Shown here: positions 43,588 through 54,196 of the stretch, in pieces
Layout: every line of letters starts with the position of its first letter
How positions within the stretch are numbered: the stretch's first letter is position 1
Assembly: GCA_963714275.1 (NCBI GenBank)
Contig: CAVQNT010000002.1
Location: forward strand, 704,001 to 768,000
DNA from: Candidatus Bathyarchaeota archaeon
GTDB lineage: Archaea; Thermoproteota; Bathyarchaeia; Bathyarchaeales; DTEX01
Reading direction: 5' to 3'
Length of the DNA stretch: 64,000 nucleotides
Made by a program: the position numbers and the translations under genes
The notes under the pieces: model-generated
Databases searched by the model: none
The model's input: the letters and a program-made list of their open reading frames with translations, nothing else
What the model was told of the DNA's origin: nothing

Positions 43588-44566
43588 ATGTCTCTGGAAA
43601 TAGCGAGCTTAGGCGAAATATTGGTCGAAATCATGCGTAAAGACCTTGATGTTCCACATGATATTCCCGGAACATACGTCGGGACCTTACCCCAGCGGGG
43701 CACCTGCGATTTTCATTGACGCAGCTGCAAGTCTCGGTCTGAGATCAGGCTTCATCGGTGTCGTGGGAGACGACGGGTTCGGCGACCTTTTACTTAACCG
43801 ATTAAGAAAAAGTGAAGTTGATACCGAACATGTTCGTGTTGCGAAAGGGTTCACGACAGGCATTGCTTTCGTCATGTACTATTCTTCTGGAGAAAGGAAG
43901 TTCATTTTTCACCTGCGTTATTCAGCTGCTGGGCAACTCGCTTCAGATGACATATGCCGCGACTACATTTCGAAAGCTAAAGTCTTGCACGTAATGGGTT
44001 CATCGTTATCAATTAACGAGAATGTTCAAAAAGCATGTTACAAAGCCGTTGAAATTGCGCAGGACACAGGTGTCACGGTGACCTTCGATCCGAACCTTAG
44101 ACCAGAACTATTGGATGTTGAAACAATAAGAAAAATCTGCAAGCCAGTACTCAGCGTAAGTCAAATCATGTTTCCAAGCAGAGACGAGGCAGCAGCATTG
44201 ACTGGAATAAAAGATCCAATCGAGGCTGCACATAGACTTCAGGCGATGGGTCCCCAAACCGTAGTAATAAAGATGGGTGCCGTAGGCGCCTTAGCGGTCA
44301 TGAAGAAGGACATAATTTTTGAGCCTGCCTTCCAAGTCAAAGAGGTCGATCCTACGGGGGCAGGAGATGTTTATGACGCAGCATTCCTTTACGGAACTCT
44401 TAGGAATTTACCTCTTGAAAAGACTTTGGAGTTCGCTGGTGCTGCGGGAGCAATTAAGGTCACGAGGTTTGGACCCATGGGAGGTCCTTCGTCGCTCCGA
44501 GAAGTTGAAGACTTTATACAGAAAACGCCTAAGAAAACAGCACCTAAGGAGATGCTAAACCTATAA
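43588..44566 (+). CDS. PfkB-family sugar kinase, frameshift near 43682
   Basis: Start MSLEIASLGEILVEIMR after GGAGG; GPYPSGAPAIF, FDPNLRPEL, DPTGAGD. Confidence 0.9.
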
Positions 44567-44625
44567 AAGTTTTTTTAATAGCCTGAATATTTTGTCATAG
44601 CTGGCTTTATTTTCTTTGAAGATTT

Positions 44626-45786
44626 ATGAGGAAAATCAGAAACATCAACATAGGAAGAACGGAAATGCAGAACAGCAGAGAACGGCTTATGAAGGTTCAT
44701 CGAGGTGAGAAACCTGACAGAGTTCCAATTTCTCTTTACGAGTTCGACGGATTCTACGACAGCTGGATACATGATTATCCAGAATATGTTGATATTTTAA
44801 AATACGCAGAGGGAAAGACCGATAAAATGTTTTTCTGGGCACCTTCAGACAATAAACCTGTAGTTTTTTATGGCGTGATTGATGAACAAGCCATCAAACG
44901 GGAAACATGGCGGGAAAAAAGTTCAACATTCTCAAAAACCACGATTGAGACGCCCAAAGGCACAATTTCAACAGTCAGCAGACAAGATGAAGGACTACAC
45001 ACTTCATGGACAATCAAGTCCTTATGTGCAAACGAGGAAGATGCGAAGAAAGCATTGTCTATTCCTTATGAGCCATGGCGTCCAAACGTAGACTCATTTT
45101 TTTCGCTTGACAAAAAACTGGGCGATTCTGGAATCGTAATGGTAGACATTCCGGACGCCCTTTGTTTGACGGTTGAACTTTTTGGCTTGTCAAGGTTTCT
45201 AAGTGTCTATGTTAGGAACAAACCGCTTGTGTTTGAATTAATGGATTTCTTTCATGAACGAATGTGCAATTACCTTGAACACCTCCTCAGGAAAGGCGCG
45301 GTTTCAATTTACCGTATCTGTGGTCCTGAGTATGCTACTCCGCCTTATCTGCATCCTAGAGAATTTGTTAAGCTTGTGAAATCATACGATGTTGACCTAG
45401 TAAACCTCCTTCATCGTTACGGTGGTTATGCTAGGCTTCATTCTCACGGGAAAGTGAAAAAGGTGCTGCCGGCAATCAGGGAAATGGGGGTTGACGCTAT
45501 TGATCCGTTGGAGCCTCCGCCAGACGGGGATGTGGAACTCCGTGAAGCCAGAGGAATCCTTGGAGCTGAGACTGTGCTAATTGGCAACATTGAGGAAAGA
45601 TTGTTTGAAATCGGAAGCAAAATGGACATTGAGAAACAGGTCAAGAAGGCAGTTAAACAAGTAGCTGACACCGGCGGGTTTATTCTTTGTCCGACAGTTA
45701 TGCCAATTTCGACTCCGTTAAAGAGGAAGATTCAGCAGAACATCATTTACTATATTAACTGTGGCCTGAAATATGGGCAGGCTTAA
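44626..45786 (+). CDS. UroD/MtaA (uroporphyrinogen decarboxylase-like) family protein
   Basis: NSRERL...GEKPDRVP, IETPKG, LHSHG, IDPLEPPPDGD, LIGNIE, GGFILCP. Confidence 0.8.
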   Translation: MRKIRNINIGRTEMQNSRERLMKVHRGEKPDRVPISLYEFDGFYDSWIHDYPEYVDILKYAEGKTDKMFFWAPSDNKPVVFYGVIDEQAIKRETWREKSSTFSKTTIETPKGTISTVSRQDEGLHTSWTIKSLCANEEDAKKALSIPYEPWRPNVDSFFSLDKKLGDSGIVMVDIPDALCLTVELFGLSRFLSVYVRNKPLVFELMDFFHERMCNYLEHLLRKGAVSIYRICGPEYATPPYLHPREFVKLVKSYDVDLVNLLHRYGGYARLHSHGKVKKVLPAIREMGVDAIDPLEPPPDGDVELREARGILGAETVLIGNIEERLFEIGSKMDIEKQVKKAVKQVADTGGFILCPTVMPISTPLKRKIQQNIIYYINCGLKYGQA

Positions 45787-45827
45787 AAATTAGTGTATCT
45801 ATTTTATAATAATCAGAGGTTTTATTT

Positions 45828-46097
45828 TCAGCTAAGGAGGTTGTTGAGCTTTTCGTATTCCTCTAAAAATTTCATTCCTTTTTCTGTTGTTAAGTAGAAT
45901 GTTTTTCCATCGTTTTTAGAGTTAGACAAAAGGTTGCGGGAAATTACGTATTCAAGGTATTTTTGTAGCTCACTAAAGCTAAGGTTGCATTTATAGAGTA
46001 TACTAGTCTTTTTAGCAGGCTTTCGAGAGATTGTGAGTATCTCTCGGATGATTTCGAGGCGTCCTCTTTTTACGAAAGATTGCTCCATTTCTATCAT
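45828..46097 (-). CDS. Small winged-helix regulator (HTH_45/DUF4364-like)
   Basis: KRGRLEIIREIL...KKTSILYKCNLSF...YLTTEKGMKFLEEY. Confidence 0.85.
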   Translation of the reverse strand: MIEMEQSFVKRGRLEIIREILTISRKPAKKTSILYKCNLSFSELQKYLEYVISRNLLSNSKNDGKTFYLTTEKGMKFLEEYEKLNNLLS

Positions 46098-46403
46098 GAC
46101 CTTTCTATGTCTTTCTTCTCGACGATTATGCTAGAAGATTTGTTCTATTCTTTATAAGGCGTGTTAAGTACCAATTAATAATCTAGTTTTGATAGTCTTG
46201 TCGATAACGTAGTTTAGAAGTTTTATTAGTAATTGTTGTTATGAATCTTTTTTACTTTTATTCACAACTGATTTTGAATCCTTTGATGAATGGATGATGA
46301 TATTAATAGAAAATATTAATTAAGATATGATCTTAATTGAAGTTCTTTAACAAGCCATGGATTTTTCTGAAAGAGGACATCCTAAACCATTTATATCCAA
46401 TAT

Positions 46404-46625
46404 TTGTATGGTATTCAGGTTGGTCTGCCTATGATCGATGATGTTATTAGGCTTCTTGAGGATGGAACTTGGCATAGTTTTTTTGAAATAAAGGAAAAGT
46501 CGAATCTTACAGAGAATCATTTTGGGAAAGTTGTACAATTCTTGAAAGAGTTTGATTTAGCAGATATTGATGATGATCAAAAAAGAGCAAAGATTAGCCC
46601 TTTCTTCTTGGAACTTCAAGTATGA
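46404..46625 (+). CDS. Small wHTH-like hypothetical protein
   Basis: IRLLEDGTWHSFFEIKEKSNL...VVQFLKEFDL pattern. Confidence 0.55.
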   Translation: MYGIQVGLPMIDDVIRLLEDGTWHSFFEIKEKSNLTENHFGKVVQFLKEFDLADIDDDQKRAKISPFFLELQV

Positions 46626-46739
46626 ATTCGTTGTATAATCTCAAAAAGTATGGGAACAGAACACATATCTATAAACAGTATTTTTGAAAAATGTTGACGC
46701 TTCCTAATACTTTTATTGATTTGTTACAACCCAGATAAC

Positions 46740-47216
46740 ATGAGCTTTCAAGATAGAAGTTTAACAGCTAGAAAGCTTTTAGAGATTATGGGTGTAGCCA
46801 TAGCAGTTACTCTTCTTTTGAACAATACAAACTCGATCTATGGTTTATTATCAACAACATCTACTATTGGAACAACAGGTGTTGTTTCTTCAGCTAGTCT
46901 AGGAATTTACTCTAATAGTCAATGCACTACCGCTCTTTCTTCAATTGACTGGGGGAGCCTTAGTCCTGGAGGAAACAAAAACGTCACCATCTATGTGAAA
47001 AATACCGGAAGCGTGGCTTTGACTTTGACCCTTTCAACAAGCAACTGGACACCAACAAATGCTCCTACATACTTAACCTTAACATGGAATTACGCTGGCG
47101 CTACAATCAATTCAAACGCGGTGGCAACGATCATTTTAACCTTAAGGGCCTCGTCTGGTATTTCGGGTATAAGCAGCTATCAGTTCCAAATAACCATTAC
47201 GGGAACACAGGTTTAG
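46740..47216 (+). CDS. Secreted Ser/Thr-rich beta-sandwich protein, putative fibre/pilin-like subunit
   Basis: Signal-like N-terminus, then IDWGSLSPGGNKNVTIYVKNTGSVALTLTL and a terminal strand FQITITG. Followed by a T-tract terminator. Confidence 0.7.
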   Translation: MSFQDRSLTARKLLEIMGVAIAVTLLLNNTNSIYGLLSTTSTIGTTGVVSSASLGIYSNSQCTTALSSIDWGSLSPGGNKNVTIYVKNTGSVALTLTLSTSNWTPTNAPTYLTLTWNYAGATINSNAVATIILTLRASSGISGISSYQFQITITGTQV

Positions 47217-47220
47217 ACCT

Positions 47221-47232
47221 CTTTTTTTATTT
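47221..47232 (+). terminator. Archaeal oligo-T terminator
   Basis: CTTTTTTTATTT immediately after the stop codon at 47216. Confidence 0.5.
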
Positions 47233-47346
47233 AAAAGTTTTATTGAAAAGTTTTTAGGATATATGAGTTTTATGTTATAGAAGATTCATACCCAGGGTCT
47301 ATAAAGAAAATTCTCAAATCATATAAATTATTACTGCCAATAAAAG

Positions 47347-47577
47347 ATGAAGAAAATGTTGGATGACGTCTTTATAAAAATACTTTCAGAAACTAAAGCA
47401 AGCAAGTGGATGAGCATGCCAAAGTTACGCGGGATTCTTCATGATTATCTTCAGGAAAAAGCTAAAGCTGAGCTAGTTATGGATTTTTTGGAAAAGTACT
47501 TTATTGATGTTAACAACGATAAAAGTCTAGTCAGGCTAAATGATTTGGCTAATAAATTGTTTGAAAAACCTTTATAA
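47347..47577 (+). CDS. Small hypothetical protein, possibly wHTH-like
   Basis: 76-aa ORF loosely resembling 46404-46625 (LDDVFIKILSE...W...MDFLEKYF). Confidence 0.5.
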   Translation: MKKMLDDVFIKILSETKASKWMSMPKLRGILHDYLQEKAKAELVMDFLEKYFIDVNNDKSLVRLNDLANKLFEKPL

Positions 47578-47581
47578 TAGT

Positions 47582-47869
47582 CTATAGACGCATATTTTCT
47601 AGAACTTCTTTTATTTTATCGTAATCTTTAAGGAAGGTTTTCCCCTTTTCAGTTGTTTCGTATATTTCTTTCCCGTTCTTTTCGTATTTTCTGAGAAGAC
47701 CTCCCTGCATTAAACATTCAGCATAAAAATTAAATTGCGAAAGGCTTAAGTTGCAACGATAAATAAGCCGCGTTTTTCTTGAGCTCGAATTTGAAAATTC
47801 GAGTATACAAGCTATGATGTCCACTCTGCTTCTTTGTGTAAACCTAGCTTTACTTTTCACATCCGACAA
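47582..47869 (-). CDS. Small winged-helix regulator (HTH_45/DUF4364-like)
   Basis: QRSRVDIIACIL...RKTRLIYRCNLSL...YETTEKGKTFLKDY. Confidence 0.85.
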   Translation of the reverse strand: MSDVKSKARFTQRSRVDIIACILEFSNSSSRKTRLIYRCNLSLSQFNFYAECLMQGGLLRKYEKNGKEIYETTEKGKTFLKDYDKIKEVLENMRL

Positions 47870-48223
47870 AAGAAAAACCTACATAATTTGTCTGAATATA
47901 TCTCTATATATTATTTTTTTCTAATAACCTATACTCGTTAGTTCAAAAAATTAAGCAATGGTTCAATTATATTTCCATTAATTAAATAGTTGTAATTATC
48001 GTTATTATTTTAAAAATCATCCTTTTTTTTAACGTTTTTTTATATTATAAGGTTATACAACATAAATACAGAAAAGAGTTCTGAAAAACTATTTCACAAA
48101 ACATAATATTAGTTTCTATACAATGTCGTTCTGAAAACTAAAAGATTAAGTAAGACCATAAGGCATGATGTGACTTAGGTTTAAAGTATTCGTGTCTGCT
48201 TCCTTCAGGGAGGGACTTGATCA

Positions 48224-48643
48224 GTGGAAACATCAAACAAGGATAAAAAAGAGTTATTGGAAAATCTTCGGCAAGAATGGAAGACGATGTGGAGATCCAG
48301 AATAGACGATGAAGTTAGAGCAGAAGGCATTGCCGATAAAACCTATGAACGGCTTTTTATTGATCGAGGCCTCATTTTATTTGCTACTAGAAACTTTAAA
48401 CCGCCAGAGTTTCAGGAGATTCTACATAAATATTTAACATTTGAGGAAGCTGAAAGATTAAACCCTAATCCTGTGAAAGGCGGGATTAGGAAGTTTATCC
48501 GAGAATATATTATTTCTAATAATAAGCCCTGCAGGTCTCAGAGAGAAGAATGGGTTCATGAATTAGACGCGATGAAAGAGAAGCAACAGTTAAGCCATGG
48601 CGGGAGAGGTTGGTTACATTTTTCATTGCTTAAGGTTCGTTAA
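48224..48643 (+). CDS. Hypothetical protein
   Basis: 139-aa ORF preceded by GGAGG; no recognised motif. Confidence 0.6.
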   Translation: METSNKDKKELLENLRQEWKTMWRSRIDDEVRAEGIADKTYERLFIDRGLILFATRNFKPPEFQEILHKYLTFEEAERLNPNPVKGGIRKFIREYIISNNKPCRSQREEWVHELDAMKEKQQLSHGGRGWLHFSLLKVR

Positions 48644-48954
48644 AAGTCAAGTCAGATCTTAGATTAATGAATATTAAGTTGTGTGTTTAGTTTTATTTAT
48701 TGACTAATTTATCCTAGTGAATATAGAGTCCATCCGATTAACCATAATATGCACAATGTTGGTAGAAAGAAAAGTATTATGATTTTCTTCATTAATGTCT
48801 CTTAATTTAGTGGTATGGAACTTTCATATAGAACTTTCTATTCAATGTTATATAAAAATATCTCATCATAATATGTTTTAGTGTCGAAAATACGGCTTCA
48901 GCATTATTTAGATGCATTTTTTATCGTTAACTGAACTTTAGAAGTGAATAAAGA

Positions 48955-49315
48955 TTGATTTTTTCAGAGAACTCCAACATAGGATACCGCAATAGACTGG
49001 AAATAGTAAGGGATATCCTATCAATATTAGAAGTTGCTGGAGCACGAGGTTCAAAAAAGACTCATATTATGTATGGGGCTAATTTAAGTCTATAAACTAT
49101 TGAAGAGGTATCTGGATGAAGTTTTGGACGCAGGTCTCATCTACAAATATAAATCGTTTTATGTTATTACGAAGAAGGGGAAATTGTTTCTTCAGACTTA
49201 TGGGGATTATGATAAGGAAAACAGAGAGATCGAGAAACACGCTGTTAGACTGAACAATGGGAAGACCGAGTTGACAAAAATGTTATTGTTATCATACAAA
49301 CAGGAGCAAAAATAG
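48955..49315 (+). CDS. Small winged-helix regulator (HTH_45-like), frameshift near 49090
   Basis: YRNRLEIVRDILSIL...KKTHIMYGANLS / KLLKRYLDEVLDAGLI...YVITKKGKLFLQTY. Confidence 0.8.
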
Positions 49316-49358
49316 TTCCCGTTAAGTTTTTGCATGTTCTTCATGAAGGGTTTGCTCA

Positions 49359-49979
49359 TTGACAAGTTTTAAAGATAAGGGTTTCCTTATTATCTGTGTC
49401 CTCGTCGCAGTTTTGATACTCGTTGTTTACGTTTTTACCCTTTTCTGGCCTAGATATGAGGAGTATTTCTTCGAGTTAGGCTTACTTGGACGGAACCAGA
49501 AGGCTGAGGACTATTTTCTCGGTAATACTTCAACTGTTGGGGTGGGGTCGAATGTTACTTGGTTCATCTACCTTCACAATCATATGGGGTCTCCTCAGAA
49601 TGTTTCTGTCCGTGTTAAGGTTTTGAATGATTCTATGTTGGCTCCGGATGATCGTACTTATGAACCCAGTCCTTATCTGGTTTCTTTTGAGGTTCCTGTC
49701 TCCCTTGCCACTGATGAGACGGTGCTTGTACCTTTCTCCTGGAGCATCTCCGAGGCTAAGGTTCAGAATGGTACCATCGCTATCAAGCATTTGATTATTA
49801 ATGGCCAGTCTGTGGATGTTGAAGTCTCAGGTTTGAGTGAGACTCGTTTCCGGCTTGTATTTGAACTTTGGGTTTATAATGAGAACTCTGGGGAATACCA
49901 ATTCTTCTGGACTTCTAAAGGAGAGTTGCATTCGGCTTCTATTTACATGTGGTTCGATGTAGTCATGCCTACAGGCTGA
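49359..49979 (+). CDS. DUF1616-like membrane-anchored protein
   Basis: N-terminal TM, EYFFELGLLGRNQKAEDY, NHMG, RLVFELW. Confidence 0.65.
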   Translation: MTSFKDKGFLIICVLVAVLILVVYVFTLFWPRYEEYFFELGLLGRNQKAEDYFLGNTSTVGVGSNVTWFIYLHNHMGSPQNVSVRVKVLNDSMLAPDDRTYEPSPYLVSFEVPVSLATDETVLVPFSWSISEAKVQNGTIAIKHLIINGQSVDVEVSGLSETRFRLVFELWVYNENSGEYQFFWTSKGELHSASIYMWFDVVMPTG

Positions 49980-50170
49980 TGATCCTACAATTTTTGAACC
50001 GATCTTTAACTTGTCTTTTCTTGGCACATTTCATGAAACGTCGATTAATTTTGATTGTTGTTCCAGCACCATGTCAAGAGTAAATATGGTTGCTGATAGG
50101 TGCTAATGAATAGCCAAAGATTTGGGTTACTATTCTGTGCCCTTGTCCATTCTGCTAGAGGATTTGAAGA

Positions 50171-50862
50171 TTGAAGAGAAAAATTAACTCTAACGTTGCT
50201 GTGATCATCCCCACTCTTAATGAAGAAAAGGGTGTTGGTTCAACCCTACGAAAGCTTATAGACGTTTTGGGCAGTCCAGTGCTTATCCTGATTGACGGAA
50301 ATAGTGTGGATGGGACTGTTAAGATAGTAAGGATTGTGGTGCAGAAGTTATATTCCAGAATGGTAGAGGCAAGGGTGCTGCTTTACGTCAAGCATTAAAT
50401 TATGAGGGGCTTGATGGTGATATAATCATAATTATAGATGCTGATGGATCTATGGATCCCAAAGAGGTGCCGATGTTCATTGAGGCTATGGAGTTGGGTG
50501 CAGATGTTGTTAAGGGTTCTCGATTTCTACCAAATGGCTATTCTGAGGATATGGACCTTATCCGTAAGGTTGGAAATAAAATTATGCTTTTACTTGTCAA
50601 TTTTATTTGGTCGACAAATTACACCGATTTGTGTTATGGCTTCATGGCTTTTAGGAGAGAATCTTTGAAGAAGTTGTCTTCGCGTCTGAATTCCACGAAT
50701 TTTGAGATTGAGGCCGAAATTTGTATCAAGGCGCAGAAGCTTGGGCTTAAGGTTGTGGAAGTTCCTAGCGTCGAGCTTAGAAGAGGCTATGGAAGATCAC
50801 ATTTAAATACTTTTAGAGACGGGTTCCTTATTTTATTAAGAGTTCTAAGAGAGGTTTTTTGA
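50171..50862 (+). CDS. GT2 glycosyltransferase (Dol-P-Man synthase-like), frameshift near 50330
   Basis: IIPTLNEE, IDGNSVDGT, DADGS, VKGSRF, TDLCYGF, FEIEAE. Confidence 0.88.
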
Positions 50863-50928
50863 ACAGTAAAAATCTGAGATGGAATTCAATCATCACGAAC
50901 TCTCTAAGAAAGAGGTAGAGGACATAAA

Positions 50929-51978
50929 ATGACAAATGTGGGAATTATTGGTTTGGGTCATATGGGACTGCTACATTTGCGCAATACTAGGTTTGTAGAG
51001 GGCGTTCGTGTCGTTGCTGCTGCGGATAAATCTAAAAAGGGATTGTCCGAAGCTAAAGCTTATGGAGTCAGCAATTTATACGAGGATTATGAGGAGCTAC
51101 TTAAATGCAAGGATCTCGACGCCGTTATAATATCTCTGCCTAACTTCCTTCATGAGAAGAGTGTTGTTCTCGCTGCCGAGAGGGGGTTACATGTTTTTGT
51201 GGAAAAGCCACTGGCCCGTAAGGTTTTAGAATGTGAAAGCATCAAGCGGGCTGTTGAAAGAAACGACATCAAACTTGCTATAGGACACAACTACCGTTAT
51301 TTCGACCATGTTCGGAAACTGAGAAACGAATATAATAAAGGAACCCTTGGGGATGTTGAGATAGCGAATTTTGAACATTTCGTAAATGGGCCCTTCGCTC
51401 ATCCTCTGGACCCTGTCCCAGTGCATGATTGGTGGCTAGACGCTCAATTGGTCGGCGGAGGAGCTTTGCTTGATCAAGGTTATCATCTCATAGACCTCTT
51501 CAGATGGTTCTTTCCAGATCCAGAGGTTCTTTATGTGAATCTTGGTTATCGCTACAATTTAGGCATTGAAGATAGCGCAACTATAGTGCTGCGGTCTAGG
51601 CGTACTTTAACTAGGGGCATCATAAGTGTCGGTTGGTTCCAGAAGATGGTTTTCCCAGATTTTAACTTTAGGATAAATCTTCACGGAACTGTAAGGTTTC
51701 TGTCAACGGATCATTTTGCTCCCAAGAATCTTTACTTGCACGCAGCCAAAGAGTCCATGAAAAATGGCCTGCGTAAGGTTCTAGGAAAGAGAATAAATCC
51801 CCTATCGTATACCTATTACTACGCTTCCTACTTTAAGGAAATGGAAAACTTTTTCAGGAGTATCGACGGTGATCCTGACGGTGCTCTTCTAGCCACCGTA
51901 GACGATGGCCTTGAAACGATCAAAATCATTGAAAAATCGTATAATTTTGTGAATAACATAAGCAAAGAAGGCAAATAA
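50929..51978 (+). CDS. Gfo/Idh/MocA oxidoreductase
   Basis: IIGLGHMG, LPNFLH, VEKPLA, GGGALLDQGYHLID. Confidence 0.92.
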   Translation: MTNVGIIGLGHMGLLHLRNTRFVEGVRVVAAADKSKKGLSEAKAYGVSNLYEDYEELLKCKDLDAVIISLPNFLHEKSVVLAAERGLHVFVEKPLARKVLECESIKRAVERNDIKLAIGHNYRYFDHVRKLRNEYNKGTLGDVEIANFEHFVNGPFAHPLDPVPVHDWWLDAQLVGGGALLDQGYHLIDLFRWFFPDPEVLYVNLGYRYNLGIEDSATIVLRSRRTLTRGIISVGWFQKMVFPDFNFRINLHGTVRFLSTDHFAPKNLYLHAAKESMKNGLRKVLGKRINPLSYTYYYASYFKEMENFFRSIDGDPDGALLATVDDGLETIKIIEKSYNFVNNISKEGK

Positions 51979-51982
51979 TGGT

Positions 51983-52930
51983 TTGATGCACGTATCCGAA
52001 ACAGGACCGACCGTAAGTGTTGTCCATACCCAAGATCAGACAGAGGATAGCATAAAGAGAGCCACTTTCGAGGCGATAGATAATAGTGGATTTGATGTTC
52101 CGGAGAAAGTTGACTCGGTGTTTTTGAAGGTTAATCTGCGTTACTATTGGGATGCTTCAACTGGCGAAACGACAGATCCTAGAGTTGTATCAGCGATAAT
52201 TGACTATCTTCGGGAACATGGTGGCCGTCATGTCGACATAACAATAGCCGAAGCCGATGCTTCAGCCATGAGGACCAAGTACGCCTTCAAGATGCTAGGA
52301 TATGAGAAGCTGGCTGAGGGAAAAAATGTTAGATTAGTTAATCTTTCCCAATGTGAAAGAGTCGAGAAGGAGGTTATTGTCAACAACAAAAAAATTGTTT
52401 TGCCTATTGCACAGCCGATGCTTGACGCCGATTTATTGATAAATGTTCCTAAACTAAGAACTCAACGCCTTGCGACTATATCATGCGGTTTAAAAAACTT
52501 GTTTGGAGCCATCGCGGAGCCGAGAAAGGTTACTTATCACCCTCACCTCGATGAGGTTATAGTTGGAGTAAACAAAATTCTTAGACCAGCTTTGACTGTA
52601 ATTGACGGTTTCATTGCGTTGGGTAAATGGCCCATAAAGATGGGGCTCGTTCTAGCGAGCGTTGACCAATTGGCAGCGGACTACATCGCCGCGAGGGTAA
52701 TGGGATACGATCCGCATCGGATAACCCACTTGGAGCTTGCTAGAAAAGAAGGCGTTGGAAAGTCAGCAGAAATCACAATTAACGGTGTGAAAGACCTAAC
52801 TAGGTTTTCTAAGATATTTCCAAGAGAGAACTATTTTCTTTTCAATCAACTGTGGAACTTAAAACTAACAGCTCTTAATGCGTATCTAAAGCTAACAAAT
52901 GATACGAGACCACCTGTCTTGGATAAGTGA
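51983..52930 (+). CDS. DUF362 domain protein
   Basis: FLKVNL, TTDPRVV, INVPKLRT, CGLKNLFG, VIDG, DQLAAD. Confidence 0.85.
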   Translation: MMHVSETGPTVSVVHTQDQTEDSIKRATFEAIDNSGFDVPEKVDSVFLKVNLRYYWDASTGETTDPRVVSAIIDYLREHGGRHVDITIAEADASAMRTKYAFKMLGYEKLAEGKNVRLVNLSQCERVEKEVIVNNKKIVLPIAQPMLDADLLINVPKLRTQRLATISCGLKNLFGAIAEPRKVTYHPHLDEVIVGVNKILRPALTVIDGFIALGKWPIKMGLVLASVDQLAADYIAARVMGYDPHRITHLELARKEGVGKSAEITINGVKDLTRFSKIFPRENYFLFNQLWNLKLTALNAYLKLTNDTRPPVLDK

Positions 52931-52988
52931 TTACCCGTATTAAGAGACCTAATCTCGAACCAAGGGCAATCTAAGGAAAAAGGAAAAC

Positions 52989-54155
52989 TTGCTGGAAATA
53001 GGCCAAATACTGCAATTTTTTGTACTTCTTTCATTTGGAATTCCATTTTTCATCTTTGGGCTGTATGGCACTATTCTTCTTTACTATAATAGACGAAATA
53101 ACAAGCAAGATAGCGAGAGCGGATATAATAGAAACGTAGAACCTGAACCTATCGTTTCTGTTGTGATTCCAACTCATAACGAAGAGACAATCATTTCTAA
53201 AAAAATCGAGAATCTTTTGGCTTCAGACTATCCTATGGATAGACTTGAAGGGGTTTTTGTAGACGACTCAGATGATTCTACTGCCAGCATTATAGAAGAG
53301 TTCTCCAAAAAGTTTTCTAACGTACATCTGATTAAATTTCGTGAACGCATGGGTTATAGCCCCTGTATGATTGCTGGATGTAATTTGGCCAAAGGAGAGA
53401 TAATGGTTCTTAGTGATGCTGGGGCGTTTCTTGATCCTCAGGCGATCCCGAATCTTGTTAGGCACTTTCGAAATCCGGAAGTTGGCGCGGTAACTGGCAG
53501 GGATGTGATCTTGAATGTGGACGAAGAAACTGGAAGAGCAGAAGATATGTATCAGAAGATTTACAATTTCTTAAGAACCTCTGAAACCAAGATGGATTCA
53601 ACTTTCTACTTTAAAGGAGAAGCCTCTGCTGTAAGGAAGGATCTGATCTCGGATTTAGAGAAATGTAGTGCAACCTTCGATACGGCGGCAGCGTTATGGG
53701 TCAGACAGAAGGGATATAAAACAATATACGATCCACAAGTCAAATTCTATGAATATGCGCCAAACACAAACTCTGAAAGGATCAAACAGAAGACGACTAG
53801 AGGGGCGAACTTGATCAAGATCCTATTCCAGTTTAGAAACATGATTTTTAGAGCAAAATATGGTAAGTTTGGGCTCATAATATTGCCTATGAACCTCGCG
53901 ATGTTGGTAGTCACGCCAATTGCGATATTTGCAGGAATTGTTTTTCTGGCTGCTCTAAGCTTTTTTGATTTTGCTTTCGCCAGCATTGTTTGGAGCATCT
54001 TGGGTGTGCTTTTCCTATTCTCATTGTTATTCTCGAAGCGACTTGTATTCACTTTTCTGGAATTTAACCTTAGTTTGCTCAGAGCGTTATATGAGATAAT
54101 CTTCATAAAGAGAAGACATGACCTGATAGAGAAGATCGCTTCGACAAGAAGGTAG
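52989..54155 (+). CDS. Membrane GT2 glycosyltransferase (CESA-like)
   Basis: N-terminal TM, VVIPTHNEE, VDDSDD, LSDAG, C-terminal TMs. Confidence 0.88.
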   Translation: MLEIGQILQFFVLLSFGIPFFIFGLYGTILLYYNRRNNKQDSESGYNRNVEPEPIVSVVIPTHNEETIISKKIENLLASDYPMDRLEGVFVDDSDDSTASIIEEFSKKFSNVHLIKFRERMGYSPCMIAGCNLAKGEIMVLSDAGAFLDPQAIPNLVRHFRNPEVGAVTGRDVILNVDEETGRAEDMYQKIYNFLRTSETKMDSTFYFKGEASAVRKDLISDLEKCSATFDTAAALWVRQKGYKTIYDPQVKFYEYAPNTNSERIKQKTTRGANLIKILFQFRNMIFRAKYGKFGLIILPMNLAMLVVTPIAIFAGIVFLAALSFFDFAFASIVWSILGVLFLFSLLFSKRLVFTFLEFNLSLLRALYEIIFIKRRHDLIEKIASTRR

Positions 54156-54196
54156 AATCACCGAAAGTCATAAGTAAAACTTAAGGAGGCGGAAGG

